A stretch of 64,000 bases of DNA, from contig DATMJE010000060.1 in the NCBI GenBank assembly GCA_035553995.1, positions 6,373-70,372 of the forward strand. Reading direction: 5' to 3'. The notes under the pieces were generated by a model. That model searched no databases and was not told the DNA's origin. It saw only the letters and a program-made list of their open reading frames with translations. A program made the translations under genes and the position numbers. Position 1 is the first letter of the stretch. Each line of letters begins with the position of its first letter. The DNA comes from Usitatibacter sp. Lineage in GTDB: Bacteria; Pseudomonadota; Gammaproteobacteria; Burkholderiales; Usitatibacteraceae. Below are positions 56,350-64,000 of the stretch, one piece after another.

Positions 56350-56835
56350 ATGATCGAAAGACCGACTCGCATGCTCGCGGTGATCCTCGAGCGCACCGAG
56401 GTTCGCAGCCGCTGGGAAACCCATCGCTGGGAGCTGCGGGCCGTCGTGCCCGACGTGGGCGGCGAGCCGCGCACCCTGCTCGAGACGCCGGCCGTGCTGC
56501 AGCGCATACACCCGGGCCTCCCGGCCACGCTTTTCGTGGACGAGGCCGAGGGCTACCACCTGAATGTCACCACGGCGGAGCCGAGCGTCTTCGTGGCGCT
56601 GCGCACGCCGGAGGAGGGCGGGGAGCCGCGGCCGTTCCAGCTCACGCTGTCGTACAACGAGGCGGCGCGCTGGATGGACGGCGGCGAGGTCGTGGAGCGC
56701 ACGCCCATGTGGGAAGAGCTCGCGGAATGGGTCGCCGCGTTCGCGGAGCTGCACTACCGGCCTGAGCCGAAGAAGCGGCAGCGCCCGCGTTCGTTCGACG
56801 GCCAGGGCGAGCTGCGCGAGAAGAAATTCACATGA
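56350..56835 (+). CDS. DUF3305-like protein (formate dehydrogenase-associated)
   Basis: 161 aa. The family assignment comes from memory and from its position next to the DUF3306-like gene. The stop overlaps the next start (ATGA at 56832-56835). Confidence 0.7.
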   Translation: MIERPTRMLAVILERTEVRSRWETHRWELRAVVPDVGGEPRTLLETPAVLQRIHPGLPATLFVDEAEGYHLNVTTAEPSVFVALRTPEEGGEPRPFQLTLSYNEAARWMDGGEVVERTPMWEELAEWVAAFAELHYRPEPKKRQRPRSFDGQGELREKKFT

Positions 56836-57506
56836 GCGAGGGCGACGAGCACTTCCTCGCGCGCTGGTCGCGCCGCAAGCGCCAGGCGAAGCAGGCACCC
56901 GTCGAAGCGCCAGCGGCACCGGCGCCCATGGACGAGCTCACCCGTCCCGCGGTCGCCTCCCAGGCACTGCCGGTCGAAGCGCCGCCGGGCGATTCCCCGC
57001 AGCCGCAGCCGCTGCCGCCGCTCGAATCGCTGACGCCCGAATCCGATTTCGCCCCGTTCATGCAGGCCGAGGTCGACCCCGGTGTGCGCCGGCAGGCCCT
57101 CAAGACGCTCTTCCAGGACCCGCAGTTCAACGTGATGGACGGCCTCGACGTCTATATCGACGATTACAGCAAGCCCGATCCGCTGCCCGAAGGCTGGCTC
57201 GCGAAGATGACCCAGGTCGCGCGCCTGGGTGCGTACGTGGAGCCCGTGGCCGAGGCCGAAAAGGACCCGGACGAAGCAATTGCGGAGACTCCGCAGGCGT
57301 CCGTCGCGATGCCGCAGCCGCCACTTGCAGATATCCCGCAGGCGCCGCTTGCGGAGACCCCGCAGGCCCCGCTTGCGGAGCCGCCCGCGTTGGCCGAAGG
57401 ACCGGCCGCCGAAGCCGAAGCGGAAAGTCCCGAGGCGTCCCGGGAAGTGGCAGGCGAAGCCCAGCCGCAGCCGGAACCCCTACGCAAAACTACGGACGGC
57501 TCCTGA
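56832..57506 (+). CDS. DUF3306-like protein
   Basis: 224 aa. The N-terminal FLARWSRRKRQA motif is recalled as typical of DUF3306. The central and C-terminal regions are Pro/Ala/Glu-rich. Confidence 0.7.
   Translation: MSEGDEHFLARWSRRKRQAKQAPVEAPAAPAPMDELTRPAVASQALPVEAPPGDSPQPQPLPPLESLTPESDFAPFMQAEVDPGVRRQALKTLFQDPQFNVMDGLDVYIDDYSKPDPLPEGWLAKMTQVARLGAYVEPVAEAEKDPDEAIAETPQASVAMPQPPLADIPQAPLAETPQAPLAEPPALAEGPAAEAEAESPEASREVAGEAQPQPEPLRKTTDGS
57309..57380 (+). repeat. in-frame 24-nt tandem repeat (3 copies, 8-aa unit xPQxPLAx) inside the DUF3306-like gene
   Basis: ATCCCGCAGGCGCCGCTTGCGGAG (57333-57356) and ACCCCGCAGGCCCCGCTTGCGGAG (57357-57380), plus a more diverged copy at 57309-57332. Confidence 0.7.
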
Positions 57507-57639
57507 AACACGGTTCCTATTAAGTTGTACACTCCCGCAGAACAAGGCACACACGCGGGTCCCGGGGAGGTTTCCAGGGAGCCAATACACCGAGGAGCGT
57601 CTTTCCGGCAACGGATCGGGGAGACGAAAACGAGATTGC

Positions 57640-59412
57640 ATGACGGCAGGCGTTGATACGGCCGCCGCGTCCCACGCGGCCAGCGTGCCGGGCAATCCCA
57701 GCCCGGACGCAACCCTATCGCACGAGCAGCGCGGATGGAGCGGTGCGGCCATCGCGTGCGAACCGAAAATCATTGCGTTGCGCGCGCTGCAGGATCTCCG
57801 GCCGCCCGAGCCCGTGCCGAGCGTGCGCTACGTGTCTCGCGGCAACGTGCTGGTCATCGCGGGCGAGGATGCCGCGGCCGCACGTACGGCCGCCGCGCGT
57901 CTCGCCGGCCCATTGCACGTGACGCTGCTGGAACGCGCCTGGCCGCAATCGCCGCTGCCCGGCGTCACCTCGTGGTCGGGACGCATCGAGTCGGCCGAAG
58001 GTTGGCTGGGCGAGTTCAACGTGCAGGTGGGCGAGCTGCAAACGGCGGCCGGTGGTGCCCCGGTGAGGGCGCCCACCGCCGCACGCTTCGACCTGGTCCT
58101 CGACTTCGGCACCGCGCCCCTTTTCGCGATGCGCCAGCCGCCGCAGGGCTACTTCCGCGCGCCGGCCATCGCGGCACTCCTCGAGCCCATGCTCGGGGAG
58201 CTCGGCAGCGCCGTCGGCGAGTTCGAGAAGCCGCGCTATTTCCATTACCGCGAGAACATCTGCGCGCACAGCCGTTCGCAGGTGACCGGATGCGACGCCT
58301 GCATCGAGATCTGCTCGACACAGGCCATCGCACCCGATCGCGACCACGTGAAGGTCGATCCGCACCTGTGCATGGGCTGCGGCGCCTGTGCCACCGTGTG
58401 CCCGTCGGGCGCCATGGGTTACCAGTACCCGCGCGTCGCCGAACGCGGCGCGCAGGTGAAGCACCTGATGGCGGCGTATCGCGCAGCCGGCGGCGGGGAC
58501 GCCTGCATCGTCTTCCACAATGGCCACGATGGCCGTGCGTTGCTCGAGGAGGCGGCCGCAACGGGCCACGGGCTTGCCGCGCGCATGCTGCCGCTGGAGG
58601 CGTGGCACGTCGCGGCCGTGGGTCTCGACCTCCTGCTGCCCGCGATCGCGTTCGGCGCGAGCCAGGTGGTCGTGCTGGCGGCCGGATCGGAGGATCGGGA
58701 ATATCTCGACGCGCTGCGCCATCAAATGGCGATCGGCGAGACGATCCTCGCCGCGCTGGGCTATGGAGGCACCCATTTCGCCGTGATCGAGGCCCGCGAT
58801 GCGCACACGCTCCACGAGCGTTGCGCGGCACTCGTGCCGGCAGCGACGGTCGCCATTCCCGCGACCTTCCACGTCGGCAACGACAAGCGCACCGCGATCG
58901 AATTCGCGGTCGAGCATCTTGCGCGCTACGCCCCCTCGCCGGTCGAAGAGATCGCGCTCCCCGCGGGCTCGCCCTTCGGCGAGATCCAGGTGAACAGGGA
59001 CAAATGCACCATGTGCATGGCGTGCGTCGGCGCTTGTCCCGAGTCGGCGCTGATGGATGGCGTCGACAAGCCGCTGCTCAAGTTCCTCGAGCGCAACTGC
59101 GTGCAGTGCGGGCTGTGCGAAGCCACCTGTCCCGAGGACGCCATTACGCTCTCGCCGCGGCTGCTGCTCACGCCCGCGGTGCGCGAGGCGCGCGTCGTGA
59201 ACGAGACGCAGCCTTTCCATTGCATCCGCTGCTCGAAGCCCTTCGGCACGAAGCAAATGGTCGAGGCCATGACGGGAAGGCTCGCTGCGCACTCCATGTT
59301 TACGCAGGGTGCCGCCTTGCGGCGCCTGCAGATGTGCGCCGATTGCCGCGTCGTGGACATGATGGCCTCGAGGGATGAAATGTCGATTCTCAAGCTGGGG
59401 GCCGATTCGTGA
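57640..59412 (+). CDS. multi-cluster 4Fe-4S ferredoxin-domain protein (FDH-associated)
   Basis: 590 aa from ATG 57640. Four CxxCxxCxxxCP-type motifs (CDACIEICS, CMGCGACATVCP, CTMCMACVGACP, CVQCGLCEATCP) plus a C-terminal CxxC...CxxC. Confidence 0.85.
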   Translation: MTAGVDTAAASHAASVPGNPSPDATLSHEQRGWSGAAIACEPKIIALRALQDLRPPEPVPSVRYVSRGNVLVIAGEDAAAARTAAARLAGPLHVTLLERAWPQSPLPGVTSWSGRIESAEGWLGEFNVQVGELQTAAGGAPVRAPTAARFDLVLDFGTAPLFAMRQPPQGYFRAPAIAALLEPMLGELGSAVGEFEKPRYFHYRENICAHSRSQVTGCDACIEICSTQAIAPDRDHVKVDPHLCMGCGACATVCPSGAMGYQYPRVAERGAQVKHLMAAYRAAGGGDACIVFHNGHDGRALLEEAAATGHGLAARMLPLEAWHVAAVGLDLLLPAIAFGASQVVVLAAGSEDREYLDALRHQMAIGETILAALGYGGTHFAVIEARDAHTLHERCAALVPAATVAIPATFHVGNDKRTAIEFAVEHLARYAPSPVEEIALPAGSPFGEIQVNRDKCTMCMACVGACPESALMDGVDKPLLKFLERNCVQCGLCEATCPEDAITLSPRLLLTPAVREARVVNETQPFHCIRCSKPFGTKQMVEAMTGRLAAHSMFTQGAALRRLQMCADCRVVDMMASRDEMSILKLGADS

Positions 59413-60041
59413 GCGCCGAGGCCGCGGCCGCCCCCGTGACGCTGCATCGTGCCCTCGCGCCGGAAGAAGCCGCGCGCGCCGATTTCTACGCGCTGATCGC
59501 GCGGCTGCTGCAGCGCGCGCCGGATGCGATGCTGCTCGCGGAGCTCGCCGCCGCACCCGCGCTTCCCGCCGAAGGCGACCGTGCGCTGGCCGATGCCTGG
59601 CGCGAGCTCGCCGCCGCGTCCGCCGCGGCGCAGCCCGCGGACGTCGCGGTCGAATACGACGAGCTCTTCGCCGGCGTGGGCAAGGCCCCCGTATCCATCT
59701 ATGCCGGTTTCTACAGCGGCGCCCCCGCGGTGGACCATCCGCGCGTGCGCATCCGTGGCGACCTCGCGCAGCTCGGGCTGGTACCGCAGGCCGGGGCGGA
59801 GCCCGAGGACCACTTCGGCGTGCTCTTCGATGCCATGCGCGTGCTCGCGGCCGGCGGCGCCGGGCGCGGTCCGGCATCGCTCGCCGAGCAGCGGCGTTTC
59901 TTCGAGCGCCACGTGATGCCCGCGGCGCCGCGTTTCCTCGCGGCAGTTGGCGCCGCAAGGCAGTCCCATTACTATCGGCGCGTCGCGGCGCTCGCGGCCG
60001 CATTCGTCGCCCTCGAAGCCGAATCGTTCCAGCTCGATTGA
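59409..60041 (+). CDS. TorD/DmsD-family redox enzyme maturation chaperone
   Basis: 210 aa. GTG start overlaps the upstream stop (GTGA). YALIARLL..., EYDELF and EPEDHFG motifs are typical of the TorD family. Confidence 0.8.
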   Translation: MSAEAAAAPVTLHRALAPEEAARADFYALIARLLQRAPDAMLLAELAAAPALPAEGDRALADAWRELAAASAAAQPADVAVEYDELFAGVGKAPVSIYAGFYSGAPAVDHPRVRIRGDLAQLGLVPQAGAEPEDHFGVLFDAMRVLAAGGAGRGPASLAEQRRFFERHVMPAAPRFLAAVGAARQSHYYRRVAALAAAFVALEAESFQLD

Positions 60042-60070
60042 AAGCAGGCCCTCGCGAAAGGAGGCACGTG

Positions 60071-60268
60071 ATGAAAACGACCAAGACCAACAATCGCCGC
60101 AAGTTCCTGGTGACCGCCGGCCTCGGCAGTGCAGGTGCGGTGGCGGCCGTCGTGGCCGGCACGCGCAAGGCACAACCGGAGGGGCCGCACACCGCGGCCT
60201 GCGCGCAGCCCGACGGCTACCACCTCTCCGACCACATCCTGAAGTACTACAAGACCACCGAAGTCTGA
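60071..60268 (+). CDS. small Tat-signal protein (formate dehydrogenase region TAT target)
   Basis: 65 aa. AAAGGAGG ribosome-binding site and twin-arginine motif NRRKFLVTAG. It lies immediately upstream of the FDH catalytic subunit, as recalled for the 'FDH region TAT target' family. Confidence 0.75.
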   Translation: MKTTKTNNRRKFLVTAGLGSAGAVAAVVAGTRKAQPEGPHTAACAQPDGYHLSDHILKYYKTTEV

Positions 60269-60278
60269 GGAGCCCGTC

Positions 60279-63206
60279 ATGCTGCTCACCCGCAAATCGG
60301 AAGCCCAAGCCCAGGCCGTCAATCCGCTCGCGCGAGCCGCTTCGGCGCTGGCGGCGAAGACCATCGACCGCCGCACCTTCCTGAAGGGCACCGGCATCAC
60401 CGCCGGGGCCGCCGCGTTCGCGAGCCAGTTGCCGCTCGGCATGGTGGGCGAGGCGCAGGCCGCCGCGCCCAAGGCCGGCAAGACCGAGATCAAGCGCACG
60501 GTCTGCACGCACTGCTCGGTGGGCTGCTCCATCGATGCCGTGGTCCAGGACGGCGTCTGGGTGCGGCAGGAGCCGGTGTTCGATTCGCCGATCAACATGG
60601 GCGCGCACTGCGCCAAGGGCGCGTCGATCCGCGAGCACGGCATGACGGAGAACTCGCACCGCCTGAAGTACCCGATGAAGCTCGTGGACGGCAAGTACCG
60701 CCGCATCACCTGGGAGCAGGCGATCAACGAGATCGGCGACAAGCTGCTGCAGATCCGCAAGGACAGCGGCCCCGACGCCATCTTCTGGATCGGCTCCTCC
60801 AAGCATTCGAACGAGCAGGCGCAGATGTTCCGCAAGATGGTTTCCATGTTCGGCTCCAACAACATGGACCACCAGGCGCGCATCTGCCACTCGACCACCG
60901 TCGCGGGCGTGGCCAACACGTGGGGCTACGGCGCGATGACCAACTCGTACAACGACCTGCAGAACGCGAAGTGCATGTTCTTCATCGGGTCGAACGCCGC
61001 CGAGGCGCATCCGGTCTCGATGCTGCACGCGCTGCACGCCAAGGAAACCGGCGCCCGCATGATCGTCGCGGATCCGCGCTTCACCCGCACCGCGGCGAAG
61101 GCGGACCAGTACATCCGCTTCCGTTCCGGCACCGACGTGGCGCTGCTCTACGGCATGCTGTACCACATCTTCCAGAACGGCTGGGAGGACAAGCAGTACA
61201 TCAACGACCGCGTCTACGGCATGGACAAGATCCGTGACGAGGCGCTGAAGAAGTGGACGCCCGACAAGGTGACCGAAGTCACCGGCGTGCCCGAGGCCGA
61301 GGTCTACGCCGCGGCCGAGGCGATGGCGAAGAACCGCCCGTCGTCGATCATCTGGTGCATGGGCCAGACGCAGCACTCCATCGGCAATGCCTTCGTGCGC
61401 GCCTCGTGCATCCTCCAGCTGGCACTCGGCAACATCGGCATCTCCGGCGGCGGCGCCAACATCTATCGCGGGCACGACAACGTGCAGGGCGCGACCGACG
61501 TGGGCCCCAACCCCGATTCCCTGCCCGGCTACTACGGTGTCGCGGAAGGCGCGTGGAAGCACTGGTGCAAGGTCTGGGGCGTCGACTACGAATGGATGAA
61601 GGGCCGCTTCGCCTCGAAGGCGATGATGGAGAAGCCCGGCATGACCGTGTCGCGCTGGATCGACGGCGTGCTCGAGAAGAACGAGCTCATCGACCAGGAC
61701 AGCAACCTGCGAGCCGTCATCTACTGGGGGCACGCGCCCAACTCGCAGTCGCGCGGCCTCGAGATGAAGCAGGCCATGGAGAAGCTGGACCTCATGGTCG
61801 TCGTGGATCCGTATCCCACGGCCTCGGCGGCGATGCCGGACCGCAAGGAGGGCGTCTACCTCCTGCCGGCCGCGACACAGCTCGAGACCTCGGGCTCGGT
61901 GACCGCGTCGAACCGCTCGATCCAGTGGCGCGAGAAGGTGATCGAGCCGATGTTCGAGTCGAAGCCCGACCACACCATCATGTACGCCTTCGCGAAGAAG
62001 CTGGGCTTCGGCCCCGAGTTCGTGAAGAACATCCGGCTGGTCAAGGACAAGAGCGGATGGGACGAGCCGCTGGTCGAGGACATGACCCGCGAGATCAACA
62101 ACGGCAACTGGACCATCGGCTACACCGGCCAGTCGCCCGAGCGCCTCAAGGCGCACATGCGGCTGCAGAAGTATTTCGATCCGAAGACGCTGCGCTGCAA
62201 CGAGTCGGTGATCGACAAGGAGACGGGCTACGACATCAAGGGCGACTACTACGGCCTGCCGTGGCCGTGCTACGGCAAGCCCGAGATCAAGCATCCCGGC
62301 TCGCCCGTGCTGTATCGCACGGACCTCAAGATGATGGACGGCGGCGGCTGCTTCCGCGCCAACTTCGGCGTGATGAAGGACGGCGTGAACCTGCTGGCGG
62401 AGGACGGCTCCTTCCCGAAGGATTCGGAGATCACCACCGGCTATCCCGAGTTCGACCACGTGCTCATGAAGAAGCTCGGCTGGTGGGGCGAGCTCACGCC
62501 GGAAGAGCAGGCGGCGGCCGAAGGCAAGAACTGGAAGACCGATCTTTCCGGCGGCATCCAGCGCGTCTGCATGGTGAACCACAACGTGCACTTCTGGGGT
62601 AACGCCAAGGCGCGCGCGGTGGTGTGGAACTTCCCCGACGGCGTGCCGCAGCACCGCGAGCCGCTCTACAGCCCGCGGCCGGACCTGGTGCAGAAGTACC
62701 CCAGCCATGACGACAAGAAGGCCTTCTGGCGCCTGCCCACGCTCTACAAGACCGTGCAGCAGAAGGCCATCGAGGACAAGGTCGCGGAGAAATATCCGCT
62801 GATCCTCACATCGGGCCGCCTGGTCGAGTACGAGGGCGGGGGCGACGAGACGCGCTCCAACCCGTGGCTTGCCGAGCTGCAGCAGGAAGCGTTCGTCGAG
62901 ATCAGCCCGGACGATGCGCAGGCCCGAGGCATCAAGTACTGGGACTGGGTCTGGGTGCGCACGCCGACCGGCGGCACGCTCAAGGTGCGTGCGATGGTCA
63001 CGCCGCGCGTGGGCAAGGGCACCACCTGGATGCCGTTCCACTTCGCCGGCTGGTGGCAGGGCAAGGACCTGCTGGACAAGTACCCCGAAGGCTGCGCGCC
63101 GATCGTGCGCGGCGAGGCGGTGAACACCGGCACGACCTACGGCTACGACTCGGTCACGATGATGCAGGAAACCAAGACGACGCTCTGCAACATCGAGCGC
63201 GCCTGA
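60279..63206 (+). CDS. formate dehydrogenase catalytic (alpha) subunit, Mo-bis-MGD, Tat-exported, cysteine type
   Basis: 975 aa. Tat motif DRRTFLKG and N-terminal 4Fe-4S motif CTHCSVGC...C. The active-site context HQARICHSTTVAG has Cys203 (TGC at 60885-60887) where SeCys-type enzymes carry U. GSNAAEAHPV motif. Confidence 0.95.
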   Translation: MLLTRKSEAQAQAVNPLARAASALAAKTIDRRTFLKGTGITAGAAAFASQLPLGMVGEAQAAAPKAGKTEIKRTVCTHCSVGCSIDAVVQDGVWVRQEPVFDSPINMGAHCAKGASIREHGMTENSHRLKYPMKLVDGKYRRITWEQAINEIGDKLLQIRKDSGPDAIFWIGSSKHSNEQAQMFRKMVSMFGSNNMDHQARICHSTTVAGVANTWGYGAMTNSYNDLQNAKCMFFIGSNAAEAHPVSMLHALHAKETGARMIVADPRFTRTAAKADQYIRFRSGTDVALLYGMLYHIFQNGWEDKQYINDRVYGMDKIRDEALKKWTPDKVTEVTGVPEAEVYAAAEAMAKNRPSSIIWCMGQTQHSIGNAFVRASCILQLALGNIGISGGGANIYRGHDNVQGATDVGPNPDSLPGYYGVAEGAWKHWCKVWGVDYEWMKGRFASKAMMEKPGMTVSRWIDGVLEKNELIDQDSNLRAVIYWGHAPNSQSRGLEMKQAMEKLDLMVVVDPYPTASAAMPDRKEGVYLLPAATQLETSGSVTASNRSIQWREKVIEPMFESKPDHTIMYAFAKKLGFGPEFVKNIRLVKDKSGWDEPLVEDMTREINNGNWTIGYTGQSPERLKAHMRLQKYFDPKTLRCNESVIDKETGYDIKGDYYGLPWPCYGKPEIKHPGSPVLYRTDLKMMDGGGCFRANFGVMKDGVNLLAEDGSFPKDSEITTGYPEFDHVLMKKLGWWGELTPEEQAAAEGKNWKTDLSGGIQRVCMVNHNVHFWGNAKARAVVWNFPDGVPQHREPLYSPRPDLVQKYPSHDDKKAFWRLPTLYKTVQQKAIEDKVAEKYPLILTSGRLVEYEGGGDETRSNPWLAELQQEAFVEISPDDAQARGIKYWDWVWVRTPTGGTLKVRAMVTPRVGKGTTWMPFHFAGWWQGKDLLDKYPEGCAPIVRGEAVNTGTTYGYDSVTMMQETKTTLCNIERA

Positions 63207-63219
63207 CGAGGAGAACACC

Positions 63220-63837
63220 ATGGCCAGAATGAAATTCATCTGCGACGCCGAGCGCTGCATCGAGTGCAACAGCTGCACCACGGCCTGCAAGAACGAGCAC
63301 GAGGTGCCGTGGGGCGTGAACCGGCGCCGCCTCGTCACCGTGAACGACGGCGTGCCGGGCGAGCGTTCCATCTCGGTCGCGTGCATGCACTGCACCGACG
63401 CGCCGTGCATGGCGGTGTGCCCCGTCGATTGCTTCTATCGAACCGAGGACCAGGTCGTGCTGCACGACAAGGACCTCTGCATCGGCTGCGGCTACTGCTT
63501 CTACGCGTGCCCGTTCGGCGCGCCGCAGTTCCCGCAGGCGGGTGCCTTCGGCCTGCGCGGCAAGATGGACAAGTGCACGTACTGCGCGGGCGGCCCGGAG
63601 GAGAACTTCTCCGTCGAGGAGTTCCGCAAGTACGGCCGCAACCGCCTCGCGGAAGGCAAGCTGCCGGCGTGCGCGGAGATGTGCTCCACCAAGGCGCTCA
63701 TCGCCGGGGACCACGCCGTCATCACGCGCATCTACAAGACCCGCGTGGTCACGCGCGGCAAGGGCGACGAGATCTGGGGCTGGGCCATGGCCTACGGCGG
63801 CAGCGCCAAGCTGGCCGACCAGGGGGTGACCTCGTGA
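63220..63837 (+). CDS. formate dehydrogenase iron-sulfur (beta) subunit
   Basis: 205 aa with multiple ferredoxin motifs (CIECNSCTTAC, CMHCTDAPCMAVCP, CIGCGYCFYACP, CTYC...C). Confidence 0.9.
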   Translation: MARMKFICDAERCIECNSCTTACKNEHEVPWGVNRRRLVTVNDGVPGERSISVACMHCTDAPCMAVCPVDCFYRTEDQVVLHDKDLCIGCGYCFYACPFGAPQFPQAGAFGLRGKMDKCTYCAGGPEENFSVEEFRKYGRNRLAEGKLPACAEMCSTKALIAGDHAVITRIYKTRVVTRGKGDEIWGWAMAYGGSAKLADQGVTS

Positions 63838-64000
63838 AGAAGATCGCGCTCCTCGCGGCGGCGCTGGCGGCCGCCGCTTGCCACGAGATCCCGCAGGACG
63901 CCGCCAAGCCCTACGCCGGCAAGGAGGACACCAAGGCCTACGCGGGCGATCTCTTCAAGGGCGACAAGGCGAAGTACGAGCAGGCGCTCGCAAAACGCGC
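63834..64000 (+). CDS. putative lipoprotein, N-terminal fragment (runs off the window)
   Basis: GTG start overlaps the fdh beta-subunit stop (GTGA at 63834-63837). Lipobox-like LAAAAC. The frame is open to the window end. Confidence 0.45.
   Translation, partial: MKKIALLAAALAAAACHEIPQDAAKPYAGKEDTKAYAGDLFKGDKAKYEQALAKR

Noticed and set aside
57507-57639. Possible Moco riboswitch in the 133-nt gap upstream of the 4Fe-4S gene (and upstream of moaA)
   Set aside because: On the + strand I could not find the conserved elements I recall from the E. coli moaA Moco riboswitch (CCUCC followed by GGAAAGG). Similar words appear only on the wrong strand and in the wrong order. moaA itself has only 23 nt of upstream intergenic sequence. 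An Rfam/Infernal scan would settle this.
60885-60887. Possible selenocysteine (in-frame TGA) in the formate dehydrogenase alpha subunit
   Set aside because: The active-site position (HQARICHS) is encoded by TGC (Cys203). The 975-codon frame has no internal TGA, so no SECIS element or recoding is needed.
58926-63410. 1494-aa ORF on the minus strand, the longest in the track
   Set aside because: It is entirely antisense to the strongly recognisable 4Fe-4S, TorD-like, FDH alpha and FDH beta genes. The translation is Arg/Ala/Gly/His-rich low complexity with no motifs. This is the expected artefact of ~70% GC, where stop codons are rare in the antisense frame.

Overview
This is a high-GC (roughly 68-70% by eye) proteobacterial chromosomal segment. 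Two Bug/TctC-type solute-binding proteins hint at a betaproteobacterial or similar host, but that is not proven. All calls and coordinates come from reading the sequence and the supplied ORF track by hand; no searches were run.

I support about 70 protein-coding genes, and found no rRNA, tRNA, CRISPR array, transposase or integrase. Many of the longest ORFs in the track are Arg/Ala/Gly-rich antisense artefacts of the GC content and are rejected.

Gene blocks:
- 0.3-7.7 kb: CDF transporter, two tandem DUF3309 mini-genes, a Bug-SBP/FAH-hydrolase pair, an aldo-keto reductase, and a DUF72/alpha-beta hydrolase/serine hydrolase operon.
- 7.7-14.2 kb: an NHEJ locus (ligD ... ku) split by a TetR-P450 cassette. 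ku is followed by an HTH-TPR gene.
- 14-30.7 kb: mixed regulators, transporters and redox genes (aminotransferase, orphan histidine kinase, MarR, Bug SBP/quinone reductase, SRPBCC-ArsR, cysK, disulfide oxidoreductase plus MerT-like protein, YadGH-like ABC exporter, rhodanese, DMT).
- 30.8-32.3 kb: SorAB-like sulfite dehydrogenase.
- 32.3-39.2 kb: housekeeping genes (nth, rnfB-like, ald, pyrD, bpt, aat), with a CHRD-repeat lipoprotein among them.
- 39.2-50.8 kb: a sulfate-assimilation supercluster (sbp-cysTWA-fpr; cysI-DUF934-cysH-cysDN-cobA; divergent cysB-like regulator).
- 50.9-56.3 kb: a seven-gene molybdenum-cofactor operon (moaA-fdhD-GFA-mobA-2H phosphoesterase-moeA-Rieske-like Tat protein).
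- 56.35-64 kb: a Tat-exported cysteine-type formate dehydrogenase cluster with DUF3305/DUF3306 and other accessory genes.

I did not find an obvious defence or mobile system. The signals most worth a second look are:
- a 117-bp inverted-repeat element that caps both ligD and the P450 gene with the same C-terminal peptide and stops in all three frames;
- the ku-linked HTH-TPR gene;
- a promoter/mini-ORF/terminator/anti-SD leader at 18.7 kb;
- a 2H phosphoesterase and a ligand-degenerate Rieske protein inside the Moco operon;
- fpr fused to the cysA operon next to a CysJ-less sulfite reductase;
- extremely short divergent intergenic regions with -10-like boxes, which suggest leaderless mRNAs.
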